Positions 1-10,227 of a DNA stretch of 64,000 nt are shown here, piece by piece. Each line of letters opens with the position of its first letter. Within the stretch, counting starts at the first letter, position 1. Source of the DNA: an uncultured Candidatus Binatia bacterium (GTDB taxonomy: Bacteria; Desulfobacterota; Binatia; Bin18); NCBI GenBank assembly GCA_965247985.1, contig OZ252051.1, positions 252,240 to 316,239 on the forward strand, given 5' to 3'. Made by a program: the position numbers and the translations under genes. A model generated the notes under the pieces. That model ran no database searches and had not been told where the DNA came from. It was given only the letters and a program-made list of their open reading frames with translations.

Positions 1-1089
1 TAAAAAATGGTCAATATACGGCAGGGCGGCCTTCATGCCCTGGGCGCGCGGCTCAAAACTGGCCGCGCCGTACATGGGATTGATCCAGACCACCGTATCC
101 ACCCGTCGCCGCAGGGCGCGCATTTCGCGCTGAATGACTTCAGTTTGACCGCTGTCATAACCATCACTGATAATGATGGCCACTGTCGAACGGGCCGAGC
201 CTTCACGCAGGACGCCACGATTCAACTCGGCGAGCGCCCGTCCGATATCCGTGCCGCCGGACCAATGCCGGACCGTCTCACCGACCTGCTGCAAGGTGTG
301 TTGCACGGAGCCACGGCGCAAGAGCGCGGTAATCTCGGTCATCTCCGTACTGAACACCACCGTACGGGAATTCTTGAGTTCCTGCTGAATCCCCAGCATA
401 AGCTGCAACAGGAACGGGTTAAACGCATCCATAGAGCCGCTCACATCGCACAGCATGACGAGGCGCGTCTTGCGCACGCGGCGTTGGACGCGGGAGAGTT
501 CCAGCATGTCCAGGCCGTGACGCAGATTGCGCCGGAGTGAGCGACGCAGGTCTATTCGCCGGCCGCGTGGGGACGGCTTGAGACGCCGGCTGGGGCGCGT
601 GGCAAGCCGCCTTGCCAGGATACGAACCGTCTGGGCTATGGGCGGAGCGTCCTCATCCCAGCGCGCCGTCAGGTTGAGGTCGCGCAGGGTTTCTTCCGCG
701 CTGCTGTCTTCCCGCTGGCCAATAATGTCCTGGTGCGCCTCCTGAAAGCCCTGATCCAACGCTCCCCGGAGCAATTCGGTTTGCATCCCCATGCGGTGGC
801 CTTCGTTCTCTGCTTCCCCGTACCAGTAAGCGTGGAACAGACGGTCAAAGCGCTGTTCCTCCTCGCGGCTACTGGCCAGATTCGTGCGCAGGGCAAGGCG
901 GAAGTCGTCCTCATGCACAAACCGAATCCCACCCAGGGAACGCACCGCATCAATGACCCGCCCCTGGGTCACACCCAGCCGCGCATCCTTGGCTAATCGA
1001 CACAGTGCAAGCGTGCGGGTGAGCAGCGTCTCGGGCAGCTCGCTCAGAGCGGATGGCTCTTCTTTCAGAGGGTTTTCTGTTGGTGGCAT
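1..1089 (-). CDS. VWA (von Willebrand factor A) domain protein, CoxE-like; 3' end runs off window start
   Basis: Minus-strand frame is open from ATG at 1089-1087 to the window edge. The translation (MPPTENPLKEEPSALSELPETLL...) contains the MIDAS-like motif VMLCDVSGSM. It lies immediately downstream of a MoxR ATPase, as in MoxR-VWA pairs. It is not in the ORF track because its stop is off-window. Confidence 0.8.
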   Translation of the reverse strand, partial: MPPTENPLKEEPSALSELPETLLTRTLALCRLAKDARLGVTQGRVIDAVRSLGGIRFVHEDDFRLALRTNLASSREEEQRFDRLFHAYWYGEAENEGHRMGMQTELLRGALDQGFQEAHQDIIGQREDSSAEETLRDLNLTARWDEDAPPIAQTVRILARRLATRPSRRLKPSPRGRRIDLRRSLRRNLRHGLDMLELSRVQRRVRKTRLVMLCDVSGSMDAFNPFLLQLMLGIQQELKNSRTVVFSTEMTEITALLRRGSVQHTLQQVGETVRHWSGGTDIGRALAELNRGVLREGSARSTVAIIISDGYDSGQTEVIQREMRALRRRVDTVVWINPMYGAASFEPRAQGMKAALPYIDHFL

Positions 1090-1107
1090 GTTACACCCTC
1101 CCCCGCC

Positions 1108-2043
1108 TCACTCTCCCGCCGCCTCTCCGCTCAGGATGCTCGCCGCCCCGACTGTACGTAATCGCTTAATATCGTCATGGTATTTGAGAATCACCCCCGC
1201 GGTTTCCTCAAGGGTCTCGGCGCGGAGTTCCTCAACGTCCAGCCCAAGCAAGGCCCGACTCCAGTCCAGGCTCTCGGCAATGCCGGGCCGTTTGTAGAAG
1301 TCCATACTGCGCAGCGTCTGCATCACGCCGACTATGCGTTCGGCCAGAGCAGTCCGAATCCCCGGCACCCGGCGCAGGATGATCTCACGCTCCTTGTCCG
1401 GCGCGGGGTAGTCGATCCATAAATACAGACAGCGCCGCTTGAGGGCGTCGTGCAGCTCTCGGCTACGGTTTGAGGTCAGGACTACATAGGGCGGCTGCGT
1501 GGCGGTAAAGGTTCCGATCTCGGGCACGCTCACTTGAAAGTCAGACAGTATCTCTAAGAGAAAGGCTTCAAACTCTTCGTCCGCACGATCGACCTCATCA
1601 ATGAGTAGGACGACCGGCCGTGGACCCGGATGACGAATCGCCTCAAGCAGCGGACGGTTCAGGAGAAACTCATCCCCGAAGATGGTGCGCTCGACGCTGG
1701 AGCGCTCCTGCTGCTGTTCGACCATGCGAATATGCAGCATCTGCCGCGCATAATTCCATTCATACAGCGTGGTATTGGCGTCCAGCCCTTCGTAGCACTG
1801 CAGGCGAATCAGCGGGGTGTCGAGCACATCGGCCAGCACTTTGGCAACCTCCGTCTTGCCCACGCCGGCTTCCCCTTCGAGCAAGAGCGGTTTTTCCAGG
1901 TCTGCGGCCAGCTTGACAGTCAGGGCTAGCGCCCGGTCGGCAATATAATTCCGCGCTGCAAATTCCGCCTGCACAGCCTCAATTGACCGAAAAACCGGTC
2001 GCCTGGCTTCCGACATCACCCCTCCCTGGTGTTCTTTCCTCAA
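1108..2043 (-). CDS. MoxR-family AAA+ ATPase
   Basis: 311-aa ORF with Walker A GEAGVGKT and MoxR-like motifs. Paired with the downstream VWA gene. Confidence 0.9.
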   Translation of the reverse strand: MRKEHQGGVMSEARRPVFRSIEAVQAEFAARNYIADRALALTVKLAADLEKPLLLEGEAGVGKTEVAKVLADVLDTPLIRLQCYEGLDANTTLYEWNYARQMLHIRMVEQQQERSSVERTIFGDEFLLNRPLLEAIRHPGPRPVVLLIDEVDRADEEFEAFLLEILSDFQVSVPEIGTFTATQPPYVVLTSNRSRELHDALKRRCLYLWIDYPAPDKEREIILRRVPGIRTALAERIVGVMQTLRSMDFYKRPGIAESLDWSRALLGLDVEELRAETLEETAGVILKYHDDIKRLRTVGAASILSGEAAGE

Positions 2044-2100
2044 CTTACTGAGTCAGCGCTTCAGCCCCGGGATGCCACCCGCCCGCGGATGGAGGGCCGG

Positions 2101-5100
2101 CTAGAACGCAGCCACGCTGAGATCGTTTGATCTGTCTGCCAGCCGTTGCTCAAAAGCGACCAGCTCGTCATCCAGGATGCTGAAGTATTTGGCTTCGGGA
2201 TGATGAAAGACGAGCGCCGAGACCGAGGCTTCCGGCTCCATCATGTAGCCCTCGGTCAGCTCGACGCCGATTGCCTCGCTGACTGGTAGCAACTGAAACA
2301 AGCGTTCCTGGTCTTCAAGGCGCGGACAGGCCGGATAGCCGAAGCTTACCCGGACCCCGCGGTATTGGGCCTTGAAGCGCTCGCGCATGGTCAACTCTGG
2401 CGGGTCGGCAAAACCCCACATCTCACGCAGGCGTTGATGGAGCAGTTCGGCAAACGCCTCCGCGCCTTCAATGGCAAGGGATTGGAGAATATGGGAGTCG
2501 AGGTAGCGGCCGGCTTCGCGGTAGTGTTCCGCCAGTTCGCGTACACCATGGCCACAGGTCACCACGAACAGCGCGATATAATCCTGTGTGCCGGCGCTGG
2601 TCGGAGCCGCGAAGTCGCTCAGACAGCGCCCCTCGCCGTGCTGCTGACGGGGAAAAAGAAACGTCTCGGCAAGGTCTTTTCCGTTTGCCCGATACAGCCG
2701 TAGGCTATCGCCGTCCGCCTGGGCCGGAAAGAATTGATACACCGCCCGCGCGTGGAGCAGTTTTTTTGCAATAACCTCGTCCATCACGGCTTCGACCTGC
2801 TGGTGTAACTCGACGGCTTTCTCGTTGCCCTGCTCTAATAAGGTCTCAAGATTGCCCTTGAGCCCCAGGTGCTTGCCGTACAGCATGGTCGGGTTGAGAT
2901 AGGCAAAGATCGCGTCCAGGTCGTAATCATCAAGCGTATGCAGACGCAGATCAGGCGGGCGGGGGGCTGGCTGTTCGTGCGACAGCACGAGCGGTTGGAC
3001 TATAGGGGCCATGGATTTTCGCGGCTGAGACTTGCGGTCCTGCCGGGCCAGACGGGTCCGTTCTTTTTCAAGCTCCAGAATAAGCGCCGCGTGCTTGTCT
3101 TCATCCACAAGCCGGTTGGCCAGATCAAGACCGCGCATGGCATCGTTGGCGTAACACACCAGGCCGTCGTATTCCGGTGCAATTTTATTCGCGGTAAAAC
3201 GCGGCGTCAGCGCGGCCCCCCCCACCAGAATGGGGCACCCCACCTGGGCGGTTTTGAGGTCCTGGGCCGTCACCACCATCTGTTGGGCCGATTTGACCAG
3301 CAAACCGGACAGACCCACGATATCCGGCTGATGCTCCCGCACGGCGGCGATGAGAGTTTCGGGCGCGACTTTAATACCCAGGTTCACCACGCGGTAGCCG
3401 TTATTGGACAGGATGATTTCCACCAGGTTTTTGCCGATATCATGCACATCGCCCTTGACGGTGGCCAGGAGGACGGTGCCTTTGAGCACACTGTCAGCTT
3501 TCTCCATAAAGGGTTCGAGATGACCAACCGCAGCCTTCATGGCCTCGGCGCTTTGCAGGACCTCGGCCACAATGAGTTCGTTGTTGTTAAACAGTCGTCC
3601 GACTTCATCCATCCCCGCCATGAGCGGGCCGTTGATGATATCCAGGGGCAGCCGCTCTTGGAGGGCGGTGTTGAGATCGGCAATCAGGCCATCTTTTGAG
3701 CCTTCTATAATATACCGAGCCAGCCGTTCATCCAGCGGCAGGTCGGCGCGGTTATCCTCAAGCGGCGTTTCTTTTTTCTGTCGAAAGTGGGCCGCAAAAG
3801 CGGCGACCGGGTCCTCACCGCGCCAATAAATCAGATCGTCAGCGAGTTGTTTCTCTTCTTCGGCAATCGAGGCGTAGCGTTCCAGCTTTTCCGTGTTGAC
3901 AATCGCCAGGTCGAGACCGGCTTTGACACAGTGGTAGAGAAACACGGAGTTCAGCACCTCTCGGCCGGCCGGCGGCAGGCCAAAGGAGACATTGCTGATA
4001 CCCAGGATGGTCTTGCAGGCCGGCAGCGCTTGGGTAATCAGCCGGACGCCTTCAATCGTCTCTTCCCCCGCGCCAATATAGTTATGGTCTCCGGTTCCGA
4101 GGGGAAACACCAGCGGATCAAAAATGAGATCTTCAGCAGACAGGCCGTATTTTTGGGTGAGTAGCGCATAGCTCCGTTTCGCAACTGCGAGTTTCCGCTG
4201 ACGGGTGACGGCCATGCCCTGTTGCGGGTCTTCATCAATACAGCCCACCACCACTGCCGCGCCGTAGCGTTTGATGAGCGGCACGACCTGCGCAAACCGC
4301 TCCTCGCCGTCTTCCAGGTTGATCGAGTTGATAATAGCCTTGCCCTGCGACCGTTCCAGCGCGGCTTCAATGACCTGGGCATCGGTCGAGTCGATCATAA
4401 GCGGCACTTTGATCTTCCGTACCAGAATGTCCAGGAAGGTGGTCATATCGCTGAGTTCTTCGCGGTCCGGGTCTGCGACACACACATCCACGACCTGGGC
4501 TCCACCACGCACCTGCCGACGGCCGATTTCTGCGCCTTCTTCAAACGCACCATCAGTGATGAGCCGCTTGAATTTGCGTGACCCAATCACGTTCGTTCGC
4601 TCACCGACCAGCACCGGCCGTTTGTCTTCGTCGATCACCAGGGGTTCGAGTCCAGACACCACACTCCGTTTGGTCGTCGGCAGCGTCCGAGGCCGCTTGC
4701 CCTCCAACATCTGACTGAGCAACTCGATATGCGCGGGCGTCGTGCCACAGCAGCCGCCCAGCATATTGAGCCAGCCGGCATCGACAAAACGTTCGAGCTT
4801 GGCCGCAATCATCTCGGGCGATTCGTTGTACTGCCCGTCTTCGTCCGGCAAGCCGGCGTTCGGAATACACAACACGGGAAAATGAGAGAGCTCGGCTAAG
4901 GTACGTAAATGATCGGTCATAAAATCGGGGCCGGTGGCGCAGTTCAGCCCGAGCGCGAACAGGTCCTGATGCGCCACGGAGGTATACAACGCCTCCACAC
5001 CCTGTCCGGCCAACATCGTCCCCATCGTTTCAACTGTGATGGAGACGGCGACAGGCACGCGGTGCCCGACCGTTCGAAACGCGTCATCGATTCCCAACAG

Positions 5101-5655
5101 GCCCGATTTCAGATTGAGCGTGTCCTGTGTGGTTTCCATCACCAGCAGGTCCACTCCACCCCGCAACAGACCTTCTGCCTGGCCGGCATAGGCGTGGCGC
5201 AGCTGGCTGAAGGTCACACCGCCAGTGACGGAAATCGTTTTGGTCGTCGGCCCCATGGAGCCGGCCACAAAGCGGGACTTTTGGGGTGAGCTATAGCGTT
5301 GGGCACAGGCCCGAGCAAGCTGTGCCGCGGCCTGGTTTATTTCTACCGCTTTCTCTTGCAGACCATATTCGGCCAGGACGATGCTGGCAGCGCCAAAGGT
5401 ATTCGTCTCAATAATATCCGACCCGGCCTGTAAGAAGCTGTCATGAATCTGCGTAATCGCCTCAGGGCAGGTCAACACCAGGTGTTCATTACAGCCTTCA
5501 TACTCAAGGCCGCCGAAATCTTCTGCGCTCAGATTTTGGGCTTGGATGGACGTCCCCATTGCGCCATCGAAGAGCAGCACCCGTTCGTGTAGGAGGGCAC
5601 GCAGTTCACTGGCAGTAGCCGATAAGGAAGGCAATGTGTCGCTCAAATCTCCCAC
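2101..5655 (-). CDS. metH: cobalamin-dependent methionine synthase
   Basis: 1184-aa ORF with homocysteine-binding, pterin-binding, B12-binding (DVHDIGKN) and AdoMet-activation domains in canonical order. Confidence 0.95.
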   Translation of the reverse strand: MGDLSDTLPSLSATASELRALLHERVLLFDGAMGTSIQAQNLSAEDFGGLEYEGCNEHLVLTCPEAITQIHDSFLQAGSDIIETNTFGAASIVLAEYGLQEKAVEINQAAAQLARACAQRYSSPQKSRFVAGSMGPTTKTISVTGGVTFSQLRHAYAGQAEGLLRGGVDLLVMETTQDTLNLKSGLLGIDDAFRTVGHRVPVAVSITVETMGTMLAGQGVEALYTSVAHQDLFALGLNCATGPDFMTDHLRTLAELSHFPVLCIPNAGLPDEDGQYNESPEMIAAKLERFVDAGWLNMLGGCCGTTPAHIELLSQMLEGKRPRTLPTTKRSVVSGLEPLVIDEDKRPVLVGERTNVIGSRKFKRLITDGAFEEGAEIGRRQVRGGAQVVDVCVADPDREELSDMTTFLDILVRKIKVPLMIDSTDAQVIEAALERSQGKAIINSINLEDGEERFAQVVPLIKRYGAAVVVGCIDEDPQQGMAVTRQRKLAVAKRSYALLTQKYGLSAEDLIFDPLVFPLGTGDHNYIGAGEETIEGVRLITQALPACKTILGISNVSFGLPPAGREVLNSVFLYHCVKAGLDLAIVNTEKLERYASIAEEEKQLADDLIYWRGEDPVAAFAAHFRQKKETPLEDNRADLPLDERLARYIIEGSKDGLIADLNTALQERLPLDIINGPLMAGMDEVGRLFNNNELIVAEVLQSAEAMKAAVGHLEPFMEKADSVLKGTVLLATVKGDVHDIGKNLVEIILSNNGYRVVNLGIKVAPETLIAAVREHQPDIVGLSGLLVKSAQQMVVTAQDLKTAQVGCPILVGGAALTPRFTANKIAPEYDGLVCYANDAMRGLDLANRLVDEDKHAALILELEKERTRLARQDRKSQPRKSMAPIVQPLVLSHEQPAPRPPDLRLHTLDDYDLDAIFAYLNPTMLYGKHLGLKGNLETLLEQGNEKAVELHQQVEAVMDEVIAKKLLHARAVYQFFPAQADGDSLRLYRANGKDLAETFLFPRQQHGEGRCLSDFAAPTSAGTQDYIALFVVTCGHGVRELAEHYREAGRYLDSHILQSLAIEGAEAFAELLHQRLREMWGFADPPELTMRERFKAQYRGVRVSFGYPACPRLEDQERLFQLLPVSEAIGVELTEGYMMEPEASVSALVFHHPEAKYFSILDDELVAFEQRLADRSNDLSVAAF

Positions 5656-5910
5656 CCTAATCCTTTCATCTCATCATACGGAGGCCGACATGGAGAATAA
5701 AGAGACTAGAGACGGGCGTGTAAAAAAGACCCGGCTCTCGGCATCCGGCGACAGCTCCCACTGAATAAGGGGCGCGCCTTGTTGATGCGGTGCCCCTTAT
5801 ATACGCCAGGAATTTTCTTGTCTAATAGGCTGCGCATGAAGGACGGATACAAAAAGGGGATTGCCACAACACAGTGGAGGCGCTAGGGGGAGAAAAATAG
5901 GAGAGGACGT

Positions 5911-7542
5911 ATGCAGCCCTTTTTTGAAGAATCGTTAGCCGAACATTTGACGCGTATCGAACATTATATGCGGGGCTGTGAGTTGCTTGATTTTCCTCGC
6001 GAAGCAGGTGACTTGCGGGCTGAACTGGCCGCGTTCATGCGAGACCACGCAACTGCCGTTGTCCAAGAATGGGTCGGACTGATCGCACCGACGTTCCCCA
6101 TTCCAACCGATCACGTCCTTGGCGTCACCCGCGATATGCGGGCGGCCCTGCTGCGTTGGGCCCTACATATCGAGCACCCCCACGATACGCAGACCTACGA
6201 ATATCTGCGCGAACATGCCCGGCAGGGGTTTATCTCTCTTTTCCCAGCCTCCCGTTTCCTGGCCAGCCAGATGAAAATTCGCCTCCTGCTCGTGGAGCGT
6301 TTGCGCCACGCGTATGCGAAAGATCGGAAGAAACTCGTTGCCCTGCTGACCTTGCTGGACCAGGAGTTCTCCGAACGTCTTTTGCATATTACGGACTTCT
6401 TTGTTGAAGCCCGAGAAGAAGCGCTGCGGGATGAAGAGGAACGTCATCGCAAGGCGGTTGATTATGCCCCGGCGCCAATCTTTCAGATCAGCGGCTCTGA
6501 CGGCACGATTCAGCAGGCCAATCGAGAAGCGGAGAAAGCCACCGGTATGTCCCAGACCGAGCTGGCCGGGCGGGCCATTTGGGACCTGCATCCAGCAGAG
6601 GAAAGAGAGCACGTCCGCCGGCTCTATCACGAGACCTTAAAGCGGGGCTATCTGGGCTGGGAAAACCTGCGTCTGGTAACGAAAAAAAGAGGGGAGGTTG
6701 TTCCGGTCTCGGTCTATTTTGGGGCTATCGAGCATCGCGGAGAAAAAACCATCCAGGGTATTTATGTGGACATTTCCGATCGGCACCAGTTGGAGAGCCA
6801 GCTCATCCAGTCAGAAAAAATGGCGGCAATCGGACAGCTGGCCGCGGGTATCGCCCACGAAATTCGCAATCCCCTCGGTATCATTTTGAATGCGTTATAC
6901 GATCTGGACCACATTGCAGATACAACCAACCCGGAGATTCATGAGGATCTGCACATCGCCAAGGAGGAAATTACTCGCGCCCAAGAAATCATCACCAATC
7001 TGCTTGAGTTCTCACGCGAGGGCGGGACCGATATGGAAGAGGTCGCCCTTGACGATCTGCTTGGAAAAACGCTCCAATTCATGCGGAAATATTTGGAGAC
7101 GCATAATATCCAAGTCGCGACCCACTTTGGTGATGTTGGCCGCTGTCTGACCAACCAGAACGCCCTGCGCCAAGTCTTTCTGAATCTCATAACCAATGCG
7201 GTTCAGGCCATGCCTCAGGGTGGCGAGTTGCGCTTACAGACCAGGCGGAATGCTCACAATCACGTCACGATTGAATTCAGCGATACGGGTGTCGGCATTC
7301 CCGCACATCAGCTGAACAGCATCTTCAACCCCTTTTTTACGACAAAGGAGCCCGGCCAAGGGACCGGCCTCGGCCTCTCGATCGTGCATTCAGTGATCAA
7401 ACGCTACCAGGGGGATATTGTCGTGCACAGCGCGGTGAACCAGGGCACGACGTTTCTCATCGAGCTTCCCTGTCCGTGCGCGAATGAATCCCCGGTTCTG
7501 GAAGCAGCCTCGACTGATACAACACGGCTTGCCGTTCCCTGA
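5911..7542 (+). CDS. PAS-domain sensor histidine kinase
   Basis: 543 aa with a PAS region, H-box AHEIRNPLG and HATPase_c G-boxes. Immediately upstream of a response regulator. Confidence 0.9.
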   Translation: MQPFFEESLAEHLTRIEHYMRGCELLDFPREAGDLRAELAAFMRDHATAVVQEWVGLIAPTFPIPTDHVLGVTRDMRAALLRWALHIEHPHDTQTYEYLREHARQGFISLFPASRFLASQMKIRLLLVERLRHAYAKDRKKLVALLTLLDQEFSERLLHITDFFVEAREEALRDEEERHRKAVDYAPAPIFQISGSDGTIQQANREAEKATGMSQTELAGRAIWDLHPAEEREHVRRLYHETLKRGYLGWENLRLVTKKRGEVVPVSVYFGAIEHRGEKTIQGIYVDISDRHQLESQLIQSEKMAAIGQLAAGIAHEIRNPLGIILNALYDLDHIADTTNPEIHEDLHIAKEEITRAQEIITNLLEFSREGGTDMEEVALDDLLGKTLQFMRKYLETHNIQVATHFGDVGRCLTNQNALRQVFLNLITNAVQAMPQGGELRLQTRRNAHNHVTIEFSDTGVGIPAHQLNSIFNPFFTTKEPGQGTGLGLSIVHSVIKRYQGDIVVHSAVNQGTTFLIELPCPCANESPVLEAASTDTTRLAVP

Positions 7543-7554
7543 GACACTACTGTC

Positions 7555-8916
7555 ATGCCTGGACATCTTCTCCTGGTCGAAGACGAAGCGAATATGGCCA
7601 AGATGCAGACCAAGATTCTGCAACGTAAAGGCTATACGGTAGAAGCCGTCTGTCATGGCCAAGCAGCACTCCAGGTGCTTGGCCAGACAAATTTTGACGT
7701 CGTCATCACTGACCTCAAGATGCCGGTCATGGATGGGATGCAACTCCTGGGCGAGATGCGGGCGCGCTCCTATGAGTGTCCGGTGATTGTCCTGACCGGC
7801 TACGGCACAATTGAAAGCGCGGTTGAAGCCATGCAGTCCGGGGCGGCGGATTATCTCACCAAACCCTGCAACCCGGATGAGCTGCTGCTCAAAGTCGAGA
7901 AGCTGGTTGAAACACGTCGTCTCCGCCAAGAGGTGGCGCAACTCCGGCACGAGGTGCGGAGCTATAAGCGCTTTGGTGAACTCATCGGACACAGTGCGGC
8001 CATGCGTCGCCTGTACGCCACTATTGGCTCAGTCAGCAGCAATAAAAGTACGGTGCTCATCACCGGAGAAAGCGGGACCGGCAAGGAACTTGTGGCACGC
8101 ACAATTCACCTCAAAGGACCGTGGGCCGGTCAGCCATTTCTCGCCCTCAACTGTGGCGCCATGTCTGAGACCCTGCTTGACAGCCAACTCTTTGGCCATA
8201 AGCGGGGCGCTTTTACCGGAGCCATTGCGGATCACGACGGCGTGTTCCAAGCGGCCAGCGGCGGCACCCTGTTCTTGGATGAAGTGGCGGAAATTCCGCT
8301 GGCGCTCCAGGGCAAATTTCTACGCGCCATTCAAGAGCGGGAAGTCATGCCGTTAGGGGCGAGCCGCCCGATCAGGGTCGATGTCCGGATCATCGCGGCG
8401 AGCAATACCAACCTCGAACAGGCCCTCGCGGCTGGAACGTTTCGGAAAGATTTATTCTATCGCCTGAATGTTGTCCCCATAGATATCCCGCCGCTCAAGG
8501 AACGGCGGGATGACATCCCCCTACTGGTCGATCACCTCGTTGCGGTGTTCAGCACCGCATACAAGGTCCAACCAAAACGCTTGACGGCCGAGGCCATGGA
8601 CAAGCTTGTTGCGTATCCGTGGCCGGGGAATGTGCGTGAGTTACAAAATGTGATTGAGCGCTTGTTCGCATTACATCACGGGCAAGAGATTACCCGGGCC
8701 GATCTGCCGACGCCTATTAGCGAGTTTACGTACGCCGAACCACATTTTGAGGCCTGGGCGGACATGCCTTCCTTAGCCGCTATGGAACGGGCTCTCATCC
8801 TGGCGGCCCTGCGGCGGGGACACGGCAACAAAAACGAAGCCGCGCGCCTGCTCAAGATTGACCGCCAACGCCTGTATCGGAAGATGGAGAAGTATCAGCT
8901 CGATAGCGGAGACTAG
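7555..8916 (+). CDS. sigma-54-dependent response regulator (NtrC family)
   Basis: 453 aa: REC domain (DVVITDLKMPVMDG), AAA+ sigma-54 activator domain (GESGTGKE, GAFTGA) and a C-terminal HTH. Confidence 0.92.
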   Translation: MPGHLLLVEDEANMAKMQTKILQRKGYTVEAVCHGQAALQVLGQTNFDVVITDLKMPVMDGMQLLGEMRARSYECPVIVLTGYGTIESAVEAMQSGAADYLTKPCNPDELLLKVEKLVETRRLRQEVAQLRHEVRSYKRFGELIGHSAAMRRLYATIGSVSSNKSTVLITGESGTGKELVARTIHLKGPWAGQPFLALNCGAMSETLLDSQLFGHKRGAFTGAIADHDGVFQAASGGTLFLDEVAEIPLALQGKFLRAIQEREVMPLGASRPIRVDVRIIAASNTNLEQALAAGTFRKDLFYRLNVVPIDIPPLKERRDDIPLLVDHLVAVFSTAYKVQPKRLTAEAMDKLVAYPWPGNVRELQNVIERLFALHHGQEITRADLPTPISEFTYAEPHFEAWADMPSLAAMERALILAALRRGHGNKNEAARLLKIDRQRLYRKMEKYQLDSGD

Positions 8917-9357
8917 CCGGCGTCCTGCGGTTATCCGCACGGTGCGGGCTGACCCGACGCACGGACCTGAGAGAAGACATACGGTCTGTCAGGAATAACG
9001 GCCACCTTTGACCCGGCGGGCAGACCGTTGCAGAGCGCATAGACGGCGTGAGCGGGTAGAGGAGCCTTCTGGAGACTGGTATATACAAAGGGAAAACCGG
9101 CTCACGGCATAGAGCGGAACCCCTATTCTGGACAACCGATTCTTCGAACAGCCGGTCTTCTGGATTCCCGGAGTGAATAACCACGGACAGTATGGGTGTT
9201 GGGCCTTCGCCGAATTCACGGAGGTGTATCAGATCGAGGCTGACTTTCAGGCCAAGCCCGAAGCCTATCTTGGCAGTCTCATCAACCGATCCCGAGAGTG
9301 ACCTGCGTTGCCAGCGCTGAATCAGAATACACCCGCCGTGCGCCTGGAAAAGTCGAT

Positions 9358-9665
9358 ATGAAAACCGTTGAACAAATACGGAGCCAACTATCGCTAGGCG
9401 AGTTCGGATTCAGCCGTCACGCTCTAAAGCGCGTCGTGGAACGGAATATCAGTGAACAGGAGATCAGACAGGCGGGGCGGCGAGCAACCGTGATTGAAGA
9501 GTATCCACAGGATAAGTATTCTCCAAGCTGTTTGTGTTGGGTTTCACACAAACGGGACGCCCGCTGCATATCCAGGTATCGCTTTCAGAGACAGTTCTCG
9601 TAAAAATCATTACGCTCTATGAGCCAAATGCAAGGGAATGGGTCAATTACTCCCAGCGGAGGTAA
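9358..9665 (+). pseudogene. DUF4258-family toxin-like protein with a -1 frameshift near 9531-9534
   Basis: Frame A (MKTVEQIRSQLSLGEFGFSRHALKRVVERNISEQEIRQAGRRATVIEEYPQDKYSPSCL...) matches the DUF4258 N-terminal part. The conserved C-terminal part (VLGFTQTGRPLHIQVSLSETVLVKIITLYEPNAREWVNYSQRR) is in the -1 frame and ends at TAA 9663-9665. The two frames overlap at tgtTTGtg. Confidence 0.65.
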
Positions 9666-9668
9666 GCT

Positions 9669-9914
9669 ATGGTCACCTGTGAGGTCTGTCATGCCGAGGA
9701 GAGCCGAGAGGCAGTGGTAGACGAAATTTTTCAGATCGATGGGAAGTATGTCCGAGTCGATCATATTCCCGCCACTGTGTGTATCCGCTGTGGGGAAGAG
9801 ACCTTCAGCCGTGAAACCACAGAAACAATTCGTCTGATGGTTCATGGACAAGCGAAACCGGCAAAGTCTATTGCCCTGGAGGTCTTCGAGTTTACCCATG
9901 CCCTGAAAATATAA
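9669..9914 (+). CDS. YgiT-type zinc-finger protein (MqsA N-domain-like), putative antitoxin partner of DUF4258
   Basis: 81 aa with CxxC...CxxC (CEVC...CIRC). It starts 4 nt after the DUF4258 stop. Confidence 0.7.
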   Translation: MVTCEVCHAEESREAVVDEIFQIDGKYVRVDHIPATVCIRCGEETFSRETTETIRLMVHGQAKPAKSIALEVFEFTHALKI

Positions 9915-9930
9915 GAGTCCCCTAAAGACC

Positions 9931-10227
9931 GTGAAAACGCTCATACACCAAGACGCATCGCGCAAGAACATCCTCACGGCGGAGTTTCAGTCGATGATGC
10001 GTAAGGACGGGTTTTGCGGAAGAGAGTTCAAGCCAGCCACTTTCCCTGGGGCCAACGACCCTTACAAGGCCCTCAAGACCACCCTCAAAGCCGAGATCAA
10101 CGCAGGCGCCTGGGCGGCACTCCACAGCGACGCCTCACGCCCGTTCGACAAACCCACGTCCGGTCGGACTGCAGTCAAGGTCATCAACCATCTGGGCGAC
10201 GAGGTGATGAAGGTGTTTCGGATATGA
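9931..10227 (+). CDS. hypothetical protein
   Basis: 98-aa ORF. Its stop overlaps the ATG of the next gene (ATATGA). No recognisable domain. Confidence 0.35.
   Translation: MKTLIHQDASRKNILTAEFQSMMRKDGFCGREFKPATFPGANDPYKALKTTLKAEINAGAWAALHSDASRPFDKPTSGRTAVKVINHLGDEVMKVFRI

Noticed and set aside
7-540. 177-aa plus-strand ORF at the window start
   Set aside because: Low-complexity translation. It lies antisense to the well-supported VWA gene (MIDAS motif) on the minus strand.
2869-3699. 276-aa plus-strand ORF
   Set aside because: Fully antisense to metH. Shadow ORF.
10014-10223. N-terminal 70-codon extension of the AlbA_2 ORF
   Set aside because: It overlaps the 98-aa ORF in another frame and has Arg/Pro/Gln-rich junk composition. 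ATG 10224 overlapping the upstream stop is the better start.
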